From the NCBI GenBank assembly GCA_963848295.1, contig CAWKDB010000010.1:4096001-4160000 (forward strand): a stretch of 64,000 bases of DNA. Direction: 5' to 3'. This document shows, piece by piece, positions 10,077 through 21,188 of the stretch. Position 1 is the first letter of the stretch, and each line of letters starts with the position of its first letter. The notes beneath the pieces are model-generated. The model worked only from the letters and a program-made list of their open reading frames with translations, made no database searches and was not told the origin of the DNA. This stretch comes from an uncultured delta proteobacterium (GTDB lineage Bacteria; Myxococcota_A; Polyangia; Haliangiales; Haliangiaceae). The position numbers and the translations under genes are program-made.

Positions 10077-11159
10077 CTACGAGGCCTTCGAGTCGCCGCC
10101 GGTGCGCGGAAGCTCGACGCCGAACACGCAACCTTTGCCGGGCAGATCGCGAACGCGAATCACGCCGCCGATCGCTTCGGCGCCACGCAGGCAGATCGCG
10201 AGCCCGAGCCCGAGGCCGCTGCGATCGGCGCTGCGCTGTTCGAACGGGCGAAACAGCGTCGCGGCTTTGTCTGGCGGGAGGCCGCCGCACTCATCTTCGA
10301 CTTCGATCAACACGCCGCTCGAGGTACTCGCGGTGCGCAGCGTGACATGGCTGCGTGGCTGCGTGTACTTGTAGGCGTTCTGCATGAGGTTCGCGATGAT
10401 CGACGCGAGGATCTGCCGGTCCGCCTCGACCACGGCGCCGGCGTCGTGCCGTTCGACCGTGAGTTTGTGGCCGCGCGCTTTCGCCTCCATCACTGCAGAG
10501 ACCTCGACTTCTTCGATCAACTCCGAGATCACGATCCGCTCGCGCATTCCGATGCCGGCGTTGAGCCGCACTGCGGCGAGCGAACGATCGACGAGATTGG
10601 TCAGCCGCTGCAAGCTACGCCCGAGCATCGCACCCGTGTTTCCGGAGATGTCGACGCTGCCTTCGCGGAGTGCGTCGAATGCGAGGGTCGCAGTGCCGAG
10701 CAGATTGCGCAGCTCGTGGGCCAGGTACCCGAGATCCTCGGTCGCTCGCTCGTTGCTCTCGGCCAGGAGATCGAGCTCGCGGCGCCGCCCGTACTGCGCG
10801 ACGGCCTCGGCGACCGTCTCGTCGAGACAAGCGGTGAGCGCCTTGAATTCTTGTGGTGAGATCGTGACGCGCCGTTCCAGCGCGAGCTCGCTGATCGAGT
10901 CGCACGCGTCGACACAGTCATGCACCACCTGGGCGACGGTGAAACCTCGCCGCAGCAGGTCGTCATCCTGCTTTGGTGCATCGCCATCGACAGCGCCGAT
11001 TAGCTTCGAGCGCAGCGTCGCGGTGATGTAGTCGAGGAACAGCGGCACGCCGTGCTCGAGCTCGGCGTCACTAGGTCTAGGAGCCATCCGCGCCGCGACC
11101 CGCGCCCGGCACCGCGAGATGATCTCGGCGCGGTTTGTCGCGATGAATTCGATCAACAC
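10077..11159 (-). CDS. Cytoplasmic sensor histidine kinase
   Basis: H-box AHELRNLL, N-box NLMQNAYKYT, DECGG, GLGLGL. Confidence 0.9.
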   Translation of the reverse strand: MLIEFIATNRAEIISRCRARVAARMAPRPSDAELEHGVPLFLDYITATLRSKLIGAVDGDAPKQDDDLLRRGFTVAQVVHDCVDACDSISELALERRVTISPQEFKALTACLDETVAEAVAQYGRRRELDLLAESNERATEDLGYLAHELRNLLGTATLAFDALREGSVDISGNTGAMLGRSLQRLTNLVDRSLAAVRLNAGIGMRERIVISELIEEVEVSAVMEAKARGHKLTVERHDAGAVVEADRQILASIIANLMQNAYKYTQPRSHVTLRTASTSSGVLIEVEDECGGLPPDKAATLFRPFEQRSADRSGLGLGLAICLRGAEAIGGVIRVRDLPGKGCVFGVELPRTGGDSKAS

Positions 11160-11281
11160 GCGGCGTGCCTACTCACGCGCGCAGCGTAACCGCTACGTGA
11201 CGCAAGCGCACGCGCCTGGCTCGCCGAGCGGCGGCGCACACCGCGACGACTTTGAAAGTACCTGGATCTATACGACTCGCT

Positions 11282-11297
11282 CGGCACGTGCGGTGCA
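11282..11297 (+). promoter_or_regulatory. Putative sigma54 promoter of the cyclic glucan synthase gene
   Basis: CGGCACGTGCGGTGCA = GGCACG-type -24 box, GG-N10-GC. Confidence 0.6.
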
Positions 11298-11327
11298 CTT
11301 AACCACCGACTCCTGGGGTATACCGCT

Positions 11328-14300
11328 TTGCTGTCCGCGCCCTCCCACGAACGTGTGCGATCCGCGCCTCGTCGGTCGCCGCGCTTCGGTCACCGGCGTT
11401 CCGTGGGAGATGGCGTCACCGCAGGTGAGGAGCTCCCGCTTCGCGCCGAGCTGTTCAGCGTCACGCAGCTCGAGCGCCACGCTCAGCTGCTCGCGGCGGC
11501 ACACGAAATCGGGCCGCGCACCGCCGACGATCGACTCCTCGCACGACTCGCGGCCAATCAGGCGGTGCTCGCGGAGGCCTACACGCTCGTCGCCGAAGCC
11601 GTGACCCGCGGCCGGCAGATCACACCGGCGGCCGAGTGGTTCATCGACAACTACCACCTGATCGAAGACCAGATTCGAACCGCGCGCCGCCACTTGCCGC
11701 GCGGCTACAGCCGCGAGCTGCCGCGACTCGTGCTCGAGCAGACGCCGCGAGTCTACGATCTCGCACTCGAGCTGATCTCGCATTCGCACGGCCGCGTCGA
11801 CCTCGATGCACTGCGTGCGTTCGTCACGTCGTATCAGACGATCCGACCGCTGTCGCTCGGCGAGCTTTGGGCGATCCCGATCATGTTGCGCCTCGCGCTG
11901 ATCGAGAACCTCCGCCGCGTGATCGCCGGCGTCACCGCGGGCCGCCGCGACCGTGAGCTCGCGGGCGTGTGGGCCGACAAGCTGCTCGACGTCACGCCCG
12001 ACGATCCGTCCAAGGTCGTACTCGTGCTCGCGCAATTGATCGCAGCTGATCCGCCGCTCAGCAACGCGTTCGTCTCCGAGCTCGCGTCGCGCCTGCAGGG
12101 CCAAGGCGCGGCGTCGGTGTTTCCGATGTCGTGGCTCGAGCAACGGCTCGCCGAGCGCGGCCAGACGATCGAGCATGGCTTCCAGCTCGCGAGTCAGAGC
12201 CAAGCGGCGGATCAAGTCACGATCGGGAACAGCATCGGCAGCCTGCGGTTCCTCGGCGCTACCGACTGGCGAGAATTCGTCGAGACCACGAGCGTCATCG
12301 AGCGGGCGTTGCGCGGTGATCCCGATGGCGTGTACGCGGCGATGGATTTCGCGACACGTGATCACTATCGCCACGTCGTCGAACAACTCGCGCGGCGAAG
12401 CGCGCTCTCGGAGCTCGCGATCGCCGAGGCTGCGGTCGCGCTCGCGGCGAAGGAGCCGCCGGGGCGCACGCACCACGTTGGCTATTTTCTGATAGATCGC
12501 GGGCGGCGCGAGCTCGAGCTCGTCGGGAAACAAAAAGAGCCGCGTGGCGAGGTACGAGTCGGCCAGCAACGTCGGTGGCGACTGCCGATCTACGTCGGCG
12601 CGATCGCCGCCCTTACCGCCGCGGTGACCACTGCGGCGACCCACGGCGCCGATTCGACCGCGCTCGACTCGATCGGCCGGATCGCATGGCCGATCGTGAT
12701 CGCGATCTGCGCGAGTCAGCTCGCAGTCGGCATCGTGCATTGGGCCGCGACGCTGCTCGTCCAACCGAATCTGTTGCCTCGGCTCGACTTCGCGAACGGA
12801 ATTCCCGCCGAGCACCGCACGATCGTCGCGGTTCCCACGATGCTGACCAGCACCGCGACGGTCGACGAGCTCGTCGATGGGCTCGAGGTGCGGTTCTTGG
12901 CGAATCGCGACGCGAATCTCGGCTTCGTCTTGCTCGGCGATCTCCGTGACGCGGCGACCGAGCACGTCGCTGGCGACAACGCGATCATCGAGCACGCGCG
13001 CACCGCGATCGATACGCTCAACGCGAAATATCCCGACGCGAGCCGCGGCGGAGGATTCTTCCTGCTCGTGCGCGCGCGCCGATGGAACCAGCGCGAAGGC
13101 ACGTGGATGGGCTGGGAGCGCAAACGCGGCAAGCTTGAAGACCTCAACGCGATGCTGCGTGGCGATGCAGAGCGATTCGCGATCGTAGCCGGGCCGATTG
13201 CACGGCTGCGCGCGGTCAAGTACGTCATCACGCTCGACAGCGATACCGAGCTGCCGCGCGACGCCGCTCGCTTGCTCGCCGGCACGCTCGGTCATCCGCT
13301 AAATCGCCCCGTGTTCGACGCCGTGCGCGGTCGGGTCACCGACGGCTACTCGATCCTCCAGCCGCGCGTCGGGATCACGCTCGACAGCGCGCGCCAGACG
13401 CGATTCGCGCGGTTGTTCTCCGGCGATTCCGGAATCGATCCCTACACGCGCGCGGTGTCCGACGTCTATCAGGATGTGTTTGGCGAGGGCTCGTTCATCG
13501 GTAAAGGGATCTACGATATCGACGGGGTGCGCGAGTCCACCGCCGGCAAGTTCCCGGAGAATCGCGTGCTCAGTCACGATCTGCTCGAAGGCGCGTATGG
13601 CCGCTCAGGGCTCGTCAGCGACGTGATCGTGTTCGAGGACTTCCCGGCCGCGCACGCTGCCGATGCCAGCCGGCGTGCGCGCTGGATCCGCGGCGACTGG
13701 CAGATCGCACGCTGGCTATTTCGGCGCGTCCCCGGCGGCGAGTCGCGATTGCCCAATCCGGTGTCGCGGCTCTCGCAGTGGAAGATCCTCGACAACCTGC
13801 GGCGGAGTCTCGTACCGATCGCGATGGGCGCGTTGTTCGTGATCGCATGGACGATTCCCGGAACGGCGCTGGCTTCGTTGCTCGTGCTCGCGGCGACGTT
13901 GCTATTACCCGGCGTGCTGGCATCGAGCGCGGCGCTGCTGCGCCGCCCGGCCGAGACGCCGCTGCGCTCGCACATCAGCGAGCACGGTCGCCAACTGGTT
14001 CGCCAGCTCACGCGCGATGCGTTCGCGCTCGCGTGCCTGCCGTACGACGCCGCGATCAGCGTGACCTCGATCGGTCGCGCGTGCCTGCGCGTGCTGATCT
14101 TGCGGCGCAAGCTCCTCGAATGGAAGACCGCCGCCGACGCGCAGCGGAGCGCGCGCACGACGATGCTCGGGATCTACGCGTCGATGTGGATCGCGCCGGT
14201 CACGGCGCTCGCGGTCGCCGCCGTGCTCGTTCGAACGGCGAGTGTGTGGCCGGCGGTCCCGGTGCTGGCGCTGTGGTTGTTCGCGCCGGCGTTGGTGTGG

Positions 14301-17300
14301 TGGGTGAGCCAGCCGGTCGAGACCCGGCGATCGCGGCTGTCGGCACCCGATCACGAGTTTCTCCGCGGCCTCGCGCGCCGAACCTGGCGTTTCTTCGAGA
14401 CCTATGTCACCGACGACGATCACGATCTCCCACCGGACAACGTTCAAGAAGATCCGCCGGTCGGGATTGCGCATCGCACATCGCCGACGAACATCGGGCT
14501 CGCGTTGCTCGCGAATCTCGCAGCGTACGACTTCGGCTACATCCCGACCGGCGGCGTAGTCGCGCGGACCGCCCGCACGTTCGCGACGCTCGACAAGCTG
14601 CAGCGCTATCGCGGTCACTTCTACAACTGGTACGACACGCGGACGCTCGAGCCTCTGCGCCCGATGTACGTGTCGACCGTCGACAGCGGCAATCTTGCCG
14701 GGCACCTCGCGACGCTCGCGAGCGGGCTCGTCGCGCTCGGCCACGATCGCGTCATCCGCCCGGAGCTGTTCGCCGGTCTGCGCGACACTCTCGCGATTCT
14801 CGAGGACGCCGGCGCCGATCCCACCGCGGTCACGTCCGCTCGCGCGTTGCTCGAGCTCGCGCCGATCACGCTGGCCAAGACGCGCGAAGCGCTGGTCCGG
14901 GTCTCCGCCGAAGCTCATCGCCTCGAGCTCCGCGTCGACTCGAAGTCCAAAGAGCTCGGCTGGTGGGCGCACGCATTCGACCAACAGTGCCAGCATGCGC
15001 TGACCGAGCTCGAGCAGCTCGCGCCCTGGGTCACGCTCGGACCACCGCTCGCGCCGCTCGATCGCGAGCTCCAGCAACGTCTCGACGACATCCCGACGCT
15101 CGCCGAGCTCGCACGCCTCGAAGTCACACTCGCCCCCGTGCTCGCGCGAGCACGTGCCGCAGCGGCTGGCACCGCATGGCTCGACGAGCTACGCGCCGCG
15201 GTTGCGCTTGCCTCCGAGCGCGCGGCCGCGCGGCTGACCGAGCTCCATCGCCTCGCCGCGCATGCGGGCGAGCTCGGGGATGCCGACTACGATCTACTCT
15301 ACGATCGCGGCCGCCATCTCCTCGCGATCGGGTTCAACGTCGTCGATCGTCGACTCGACGCCAGCTTCTACGATCTGCTCGCCTCCGAAGCCCGCCTCGC
15401 GAGCTACGTCGCGATCGCGCAGGGCAAGCTGCCGCAGGAGCATTGGTTTCATCTCGGGCGGCTACTCACGACCTCGGGTGGCGACCCGGCACTGCTGTCG
15501 TGGAGCGGCTCGATGTTCGAGTACCTGATGCCGCTGCTCGTGATGCCGACATACGACCGGACGTTGCTCGACTCGACCTATCACGTCGTGGTCGCTCGCC
15601 AGATCGAGTTCGGTCGCGAGCGCGACGTACCGTGGGGCGTATCCGAATCCGGCTACAACAAGACCGACGCGCACCAGAACTACCAGTACCGCGCGTTCGG
15701 CGTACCCGGTCTTGGATTCAAGCGCGGCTTGGCCGACGATCTGGTGGTCGCGCCGTACGCGTCGGCGATAGCCTTGATGGTCGAGCCCGATGCCGCGTGC
15801 GCGAACTTGCGCGTGCTCGCCGCCGACGACCGCCTCGGCGGCTACGGCTTCTACGAAGCGATCGACTACACGCCGACACGGTTGCCGCCTGGAAAGTCGA
15901 GCGTGACCGTGCGCTCGTACATGGCGCACCACCAAGGGATGTCGCTGCTCGCGCTCGCCTATGCGCTTGCGGATCGACCGATGCAACGCCGGTTCACCGC
16001 CGATCCCGCGTTGCGTGCGACCGAGCTCCTGCTCCAAGAGCGGTTGCCGCGCACCGCGACGGTCTATCCGCACCCGGCGGAGGTGTCGGCGGTGCGCACG
16101 ACGTCGAGTGAGGGCGAGCACGATCTGCGCATCTTCACGACGCCGAGCACGACGCAGCCCGAGGTCCATCTCCTGTCGAACGGCAGCTATCACGTCGCGA
16201 TCACGAACGCGGGCGGTGGCTACAGCCGGTGGCGCGATCTCGCCGTGACGCGCTGGCAAGAGGATCCCACCCGCGACTGCTGGGGCACGTTTTGTTACGT
16301 CCGCGATGTCACCACCGGCGCGTTCTGGTCGGTCGCGCACCAGCCGACGCTCAAGCCCGCCGCGAGCTACGAGGCGATCTTCTCTCAGGGTCGCGCGGAG
16401 TTTCGCCGGCGAGAAGACGAGCTCGACACGCACGTCGAGATCGCGGTGTGCCCCGAGGACGACATCGAGCTGCGGCGGATCACGATCGCAAACCTCGGTC
16501 GCAAGCGCACGCTCGAGCTGACGAGCTTCGCGGAGGTCGTGTTGACGCAACCTGCCGCCGACGCGGCGCACCGAACGTTCTCGAACTTGTTCGTGCAGAC
16601 CGAAGTGGTCGATGCCGATCGAGCGATCCTCTGCACGCGGCGCCCGCGCTCGGCCAACGAGAGACCGCCGTGGATGCTGCACCTGATGACCGTCCACGGC
16701 GCGAGTGCGCGAGAGACGTCGTACGACACCGATCGCGCCGCGTTCATCGGTCGCGATCGGTCGCCGGCGGATCCGATCGCGATGCATCGCACCGCGCTCA
16801 CGAATAGCAGCGGCGCCGTGCTCGACCCGATCGTCGCGATCCGTAACACCGTCGAGCTCGGCCCCGAAGAAACCATCCAGCTCCACATCGTCACGGGCGT
16901 CGCGGAGACGCGCGATGGCGCGATGGCGTTGATCGACAAGTACCGCGACCGGCACCTCGCGGAGCGCGTGCTCGAGCTATCGTGGACGCAGAGCCAGGTC
17001 ATCCAGCGCCGGCTCGAAGCGAGCAACGCCGATACGCGGCTGTGGGAGCGGCTCGCCGGCTACGTCATCTATCTGAACCCTGCGCTGCGCGCGCCGCGCA
17101 CGGTGATCGCGAGCAACAGGCTCGGACAATCCGGCTTGTGGGCCTACGGGATCTCGGGCGATCTGCCGATCGCGCTGTTACGCATCTCGTCGGCCGAGAA
17201 CATCGAGCTCGTGCGCCAGCTCGTGCGCGCGCACGCGTATTGGCGGCTCAAGGGTCTCGTCGTCGACCTCGTCGTGTGGAACGAGGATCCGTCCGGCTAC

Positions 17301-19997
17301 CGACAGAGCCTGCACGAGCAAGTCACGGGCGTGATCGGCGCGCTCGGCGATGCGTCGCTGATCGACAAGCCAGGTGGCATCTTTGTACGCCGCAGCGATC
17401 AGATGTCGGATGCCGACGCCGTGCTGATCCAGACGTTGGCCCGCGTGATCATCAGCGACACCGCCGGCACGCTCGGCGAACAACTCGACCGGCGGGCGCG
17501 CGCCGAAGCGATCGTACCTGCCGCGTGGCCGACGAGCCGAGAGCGGCGCCGCAGTGATACGCCGGTCGCGCTGCCCGCGATCCAGCGCCCGGATCTCACG
17601 GCGTTCAACGGCCACGGCGGGTTCACACCCGACGGTCGCGAGTACGTGATCGTCACGCATCGCGACGCGCGCACGCCGGCGCCGTGGGTCAACGTGCTCG
17701 CGAATCCGTATTTCGGCAGCGTCGTGAGCGAGAGCGGCAGCGCGTACAGTTGGTGCGAGAACGCGCACTCGTATCGGCTCACGCCGTGGGCCAACGATCC
17801 GGTGAGCGACCCGAGCGGCGAAGCGATCTACATCCGCGACGAAGACGACGGCAGATTCTGGTCACCGACGCCGCTACCGGCTGGCGGCGCGACGCCGTAC
17901 ACGACGCGCCACGGCTTCGGCTACACCGTGTTCGAGACCGCCGAAGCGGGAATCGCGTCGGAGCTCAGCGTGTTCGTCGCGACCGACGCGCCGGTGAAGT
18001 TGCTCGTCGTCAAGCTGCGCAACTCTTCGGGCCGAGCGCGGCGGCTTTCGCTCACCGGCATGTTCGAGCTCGTGCTCGGGACGCAGCGCGCCGCAAGCCT
18101 GCCGCACATCGTCACCGAGGTCGATCTAAAGACCGGCGCGCTGTTCGCGAAGAATCCATACGCCGACGAGTTCGCGCCGCGCGTTGCATTCCTCGAATGC
18201 AGCGAGGACCAGCGCACGGTCACCGGCGATCGGGCGGAGTTCATCGGGCGCAACGGCCAGCTCGAACGCCCGGCGGCGATGACCCGCGCGCGGCTCTCCG
18301 GTCGCGTCGGCGCCGGGCTCGATCCGTGCCTCGCGATGCAGACGATCATCGAGCTTGCGGACCACCAAGAGCGCGAGATCGTGTTCGCGTTCGGCTCGGG
18401 TCGCGATCTCGCCGACGCGCGCTACATCGTCGGCCGGTTTCGCGGGCCAGCCGCAGCACAGACCGCGCTCGACGCGGTGTGGTCCTACTGGAACCGCACG
18501 CTCGGCGCGGTCAACGTCCAGACGCCGGATGCGAGCCTTAACTTTCTCGCGAACGGCTGGCTGCTATATCAGGTGCTCGCATCGCGTATGTGGGGTCGCA
18601 GCGGCTTCTACCAATCTGGCGGCGCCTTCGGGTTCCGCGACCAACTCCAAGACGCGAGCGCGTTGATCCACGCCGAGCCGACGGTGCTGCGCGAGCAGTT
18701 GATCCGCGCGGCGGCGCGCCAGTTTCCGCAGGGCGATGTTCAGCACTGGTGGCATCCGCCGCTCGGGCGCGGCGTCCGCACGCGGATCTCGGATGACTAC
18801 TTGTGGCTGCCGTATGCGGTGTGTCGTTACGTCGCGGCGATCGGCGACACCGGCATCCTCGACGAGAAAATCGAGCTCATCGAGGGTCGCCCGGTCAACG
18901 CCGACGAAGACAGTTATTACGATCTGCCGACCCGGTCGGTGGAGACCGTCACGCTGTACGACCACTGCGTGCGCGCGATTCACCACGGCCTGCGTTTCGG
19001 CGCGCACGGCTTGCCGCTGATGGGCACCGGCGATTGGAACGACGGGATGAATTTGGTCGGCGAGCAGGGCAAAGGCGAGAGCGTGTGGCTCGCGTTCTTC
19101 TTGTATGACGTGCTCGAGAGCTTCACGCTGCTCGCACGCAAGCGCGGCGACGCCGGGTTCGCCGAGATGTGTTCGACCGAGGCCGCGAAGTTGCGCGCCC
19201 AGATCCGCGAACAGGCGTGGGATGGTGCCTGGTATCGTCGCGCCTACTTCGACGATGGCAGCCCGCTCGGATCGGCGAGCAATGCCGAATGCCAGATCGA
19301 TTCGCTGCCGCAGAGCTGGTCCGTCTTGTCTGGTGCAGGTGACCCGGACCGTTCGCGCCAAAGCCTCGCCGCACTCGACCAGCGCCTCGTCGATCGCGGC
19401 TTGCGCTTGATCAAGCTGTTCGATCCGCCGTTCGATCACTCGCCGCTCGAGCCGGGCTACGTCAAAGGCTACGTTCCCGGCGTGCGCGAGAACGGCGGAC
19501 AATACACGCACGCGGCGGTCTGGGCGGTGATGGCGTTCGCGGCCGCAGGAGAAACCGCGCGCGCGTGGGAGCTCTTCGACATCATCAACCCGGTGCGCCA
19601 CGGCAGCGACACCGCAGCGATCGCGACCTACATGGTGGAGCCGTACGTCGTGGCAGCGGATGTCTATACAAATCCGCAGCACGCGGGACGCGGCGGCTGG
19701 ACTTGGTACACCGGCTCGGCGGGTTGGATGTACCGGCTGATCGTCGAGTCCTTGCTCGGGATCCGACTCGACGTCGATCGGCTTCACGTCGCGCCGCTCG
19801 TCCCCGCCGCGTGGGATGGCTTCGACGTCCACTACCGCTATCGCGAGACCGTGCACCACGTTCATGTCAAGAACCTCGGCGGTGGCGGCGGCAATGTCGT
19901 TCGCGTTGTTTGTGATGGCGCCGAGAGCGCTGACAAGACGATCCCGCTGCGCGATGACCACCGAGAGCATTGGGCGACGGTCGAAGTCGGCGGTTAG
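11328..19997 (+). CDS. ndvB: Cyclic beta-1,2-glucan synthase (NdvB/ChvB/Cgs-like; glycosyltransferase plus GH94-type phosphorylase domains)
   Basis: 2889 aa; PAAEWFIDNY, GELWAIP, GWERKRGKL, SHDLLEG, RWIRGDWQ, HRTSPTNIG, SWSGSMFEYLMP, YQSGGAFGFRDQLQD, DWNDG, RENGGQYTH, GWTWYTGSAGW. Confidence 0.92.
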   Translation: MLSAPSHERVRSAPRRSPRFGHRRSVGDGVTAGEELPLRAELFSVTQLERHAQLLAAAHEIGPRTADDRLLARLAANQAVLAEAYTLVAEAVTRGRQITPAAEWFIDNYHLIEDQIRTARRHLPRGYSRELPRLVLEQTPRVYDLALELISHSHGRVDLDALRAFVTSYQTIRPLSLGELWAIPIMLRLALIENLRRVIAGVTAGRRDRELAGVWADKLLDVTPDDPSKVVLVLAQLIAADPPLSNAFVSELASRLQGQGAASVFPMSWLEQRLAERGQTIEHGFQLASQSQAADQVTIGNSIGSLRFLGATDWREFVETTSVIERALRGDPDGVYAAMDFATRDHYRHVVEQLARRSALSELAIAEAAVALAAKEPPGRTHHVGYFLIDRGRRELELVGKQKEPRGEVRVGQQRRWRLPIYVGAIAALTAAVTTAATHGADSTALDSIGRIAWPIVIAICASQLAVGIVHWAATLLVQPNLLPRLDFANGIPAEHRTIVAVPTMLTSTATVDELVDGLEVRFLANRDANLGFVLLGDLRDAATEHVAGDNAIIEHARTAIDTLNAKYPDASRGGGFFLLVRARRWNQREGTWMGWERKRGKLEDLNAMLRGDAERFAIVAGPIARLRAVKYVITLDSDTELPRDAARLLAGTLGHPLNRPVFDAVRGRVTDGYSILQPRVGITLDSARQTRFARLFSGDSGIDPYTRAVSDVYQDVFGEGSFIGKGIYDIDGVRESTAGKFPENRVLSHDLLEGAYGRSGLVSDVIVFEDFPAAHAADASRRARWIRGDWQIARWLFRRVPGGESRLPNPVSRLSQWKILDNLRRSLVPIAMGALFVIAWTIPGTALASLLVLAATLLLPGVLASSAALLRRPAETPLRSHISEHGRQLVRQLTRDAFALACLPYDAAISVTSIGRACLRVLILRRKLLEWKTAADAQRSARTTMLGIYASMWIAPVTALAVAAVLVRTASVWPAVPVLALWLFAPALVWWVSQPVETRRSRLSAPDHEFLRGLARRTWRFFETYVTDDDHDLPPDNVQEDPPVGIAHRTSPTNIGLALLANLAAYDFGYIPTGGVVARTARTFATLDKLQRYRGHFYNWYDTRTLEPLRPMYVSTVDSGNLAGHLATLASGLVALGHDRVIRPELFAGLRDTLAILEDAGADPTAVTSARALLELAPITLAKTREALVRVSAEAHRLELRVDSKSKELGWWAHAFDQQCQHALTELEQLAPWVTLGPPLAPLDRELQQRLDDIPTLAELARLEVTLAPVLARARAAAAGTAWLDELRAAVALASERAAARLTELHRLAAHAGELGDADYDLLYDRGRHLLAIGFNVVDRRLDASFYDLLASEARLASYVAIAQGKLPQEHWFHLGRLLTTSGGDPALLSWSGSMFEYLMPLLVMPTYDRTLLDSTYHVVVARQIEFGRERDVPWGVSESGYNKTDAHQNYQYRAFGVPGLGFKRGLADDLVVAPYASAIALMVEPDAACANLRVLAADDRLGGYGFYEAIDYTPTRLPPGKSSVTVRSYMAHHQGMSLLALAYALADRPMQRRFTADPALRATELLLQERLPRTATVYPHPAEVSAVRTTSSEGEHDLRIFTTPSTTQPEVHLLSNGSYHVAITNAGGGYSRWRDLAVTRWQEDPTRDCWGTFCYVRDVTTGAFWSVAHQPTLKPAASYEAIFSQGRAEFRRREDELDTHVEIAVCPEDDIELRRITIANLGRKRTLELTSFAEVVLTQPAADAAHRTFSNLFVQTEVVDADRAILCTRRPRSANERPPWMLHLMTVHGASARETSYDTDRAAFIGRDRSPADPIAMHRTALTNSSGAVLDPIVAIRNTVELGPEETIQLHIVTGVAETRDGAMALIDKYRDRHLAERVLELSWTQSQVIQRRLEASNADTRLWERLAGYVIYLNPALRAPRTVIASNRLGQSGLWAYGISGDLPIALLRISSAENIELVRQLVRAHAYWRLKGLVVDLVVWNEDPSGYRQSLHEQVTGVIGALGDASLIDKPGGIFVRRSDQMSDADAVLIQTLARVIISDTAGTLGEQLDRRARAEAIVPAAWPTSRERRRSDTPVALPAIQRPDLTAFNGHGGFTPDGREYVIVTHRDARTPAPWVNVLANPYFGSVVSESGSAYSWCENAHSYRLTPWANDPVSDPSGEAIYIRDEDDGRFWSPTPLPAGGATPYTTRHGFGYTVFETAEAGIASELSVFVATDAPVKLLVVKLRNSSGRARRLSLTGMFELVLGTQRAASLPHIVTEVDLKTGALFAKNPYADEFAPRVAFLECSEDQRTVTGDRAEFIGRNGQLERPAAMTRARLSGRVGAGLDPCLAMQTIIELADHQEREIVFAFGSGRDLADARYIVGRFRGPAAAQTALDAVWSYWNRTLGAVNVQTPDASLNFLANGWLLYQVLASRMWGRSGFYQSGGAFGFRDQLQDASALIHAEPTVLREQLIRAAARQFPQGDVQHWWHPPLGRGVRTRISDDYLWLPYAVCRYVAAIGDTGILDEKIELIEGRPVNADEDSYYDLPTRSVETVTLYDHCVRAIHHGLRFGAHGLPLMGTGDWNDGMNLVGEQGKGESVWLAFFLYDVLESFTLLARKRGDAGFAEMCSTEAAKLRAQIREQAWDGAWYRRAYFDDGSPLGSASNAECQIDSLPQSWSVLSGAGDPDRSRQSLAALDQRLVDRGLRLIKLFDPPFDHSPLEPGYVKGYVPGVRENGGQYTHAAVWAVMAFAAAGETARAWELFDIINPVRHGSDTAAIATYMVEPYVVAADVYTNPQHAGRGGWTWYTGSAGWMYRLIVESLLGIRLDVDRLHVAPLVPAAWDGFDVHYRYRETVHHVHVKNLGGGGGNVVRVVCDGAESADKTIPLRDDHREHWATVEVGG

Positions 19998-21175
19998 CGA
20001 TCGCAGCTGTTCATCATCCCGCTCGCGATCGCGTCCATGAGCGCTGCGAACTGCACAGCGTCGAACGACGAGCCGCTGGTCAGCCAGTCGTGGTGTCTTA
20101 GCTCGGGTCGCTGCTCGTGGTCGTTGTCCTCGTAGTGGCCGAGCACGTCGAGGTGATCGGCGAGCCCGGCCCACACGAGCGTGCCCCACAGTTGTGAGCG
20201 AATCGGCACGACGCCGTCGTTGCCCTCGACCGCGCCGTGGAGCTCCGGTGAGTCCTTGAACGCCGCGGCAAGCGTCGCTTCGAGCGCGGGCGGCTCGCCG
20301 GCGTCACCCGTGCGGGCCGGAAGCGGCGCACAGGGATAACGCTCGTCGCAATGCGACGAGATGCGATGCATCGCGGTGAAGAGCGCAAGCGAAAGCGCGT
20401 GCATCGGGTGGCCGAACGTGCGCAGCCATTTCGTCGGCGACGGATTCGGCGACATCGAGACCGTCGACTGGTACGCGACGCCGGGGCGATCGTCGAACCC
20501 GGCGGCCATGAGGTCCATCGCCTCGGGAGCGAGCTGCAACATCGCACCTTGATCATCTTTGATCGCGTTGAGGTAGGTGCGGACCTCGGGTTTTCCCGCA
20601 TCGGCTACGAGCTCGATCAGCGAGTCGACGGACTTGTCGAGCAACCGCAGCTCGATCCCGAACGTGCGATCGCCGCGTCCGAGGATCCGGATCAGCGCGC
20701 CGGTCGCGGCGAGTGGCCGTTGGCCGAGCGAGAGTCCGATAAACGTGAACGCCGAGAGTGCGTACAGCGCACGTTGACCATGCGCGGTCGCGAAGAAGCT
20801 CGCGAGCGGCGTCCCGTAGTGCGGCGTGTTCATCGTCGTCACGCTGCGCAATCGCGGCAACCACGCCATCGCGTCATCGCCGGTCTCCAAGCGCGAGCTC
20901 GGTGATGCGACGAGTCGCGCGTCGAGCCCGCCGGTCGAATGGCCGAGCAGATGAATAGGCCCACTGCCGGTCGCCGTCTGACCGATCAGCTCGGCGAGCT
21001 TACCAGCGCGTCTCCGCACCGATGCAGTCGGCAACACGTCGACCACGTGCACCTCGGTCGACTGCCCGGCGCGGCGAAACCGCTCGGTCAGCGCGCGCTC
21101 GACGTGCGCGAAGTAGTCGTACGTGGCGAGTCGCGCGAACCCGAACATGCCGGGCGACAGATAAACGTGCTGCAC
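19994..21175 (-). CDS. Lipase/esterase (alpha/beta fold, triacylglycerol lipase-like)
   Basis: GHSTGG elbow, TPHYGTPLA, NDGVVP, DHLD; GTG start at 21175. Confidence 0.85.
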   Translation of the reverse strand: MQHVYLSPGMFGFARLATYDYFAHVERALTERFRRAGQSTEVHVVDVLPTASVRRRAGKLAELIGQTATGSGPIHLLGHSTGGLDARLVASPSSRLETGDDAMAWLPRLRSVTTMNTPHYGTPLASFFATAHGQRALYALSAFTFIGLSLGQRPLAATGALIRILGRGDRTFGIELRLLDKSVDSLIELVADAGKPEVRTYLNAIKDDQGAMLQLAPEAMDLMAAGFDDRPGVAYQSTVSMSPNPSPTKWLRTFGHPMHALSLALFTAMHRISSHCDERYPCAPLPARTGDAGEPPALEATLAAAFKDSPELHGAVEGNDGVVPIRSQLWGTLVWAGLADHLDVLGHYEDNDHEQRPELRHHDWLTSGSSFDAVQFAALMDAIASGMMNSCDR

Positions 21176-21188
21176 GGAGCTCTGCACG

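Noticed and set aside
11268..20189. Long overlapping ORFs within the glucan synthase (e.g. 11268..13295, 13778..16111, 18564..20189)
   Set aside because: Shadow ORFs of a well-supported gene.
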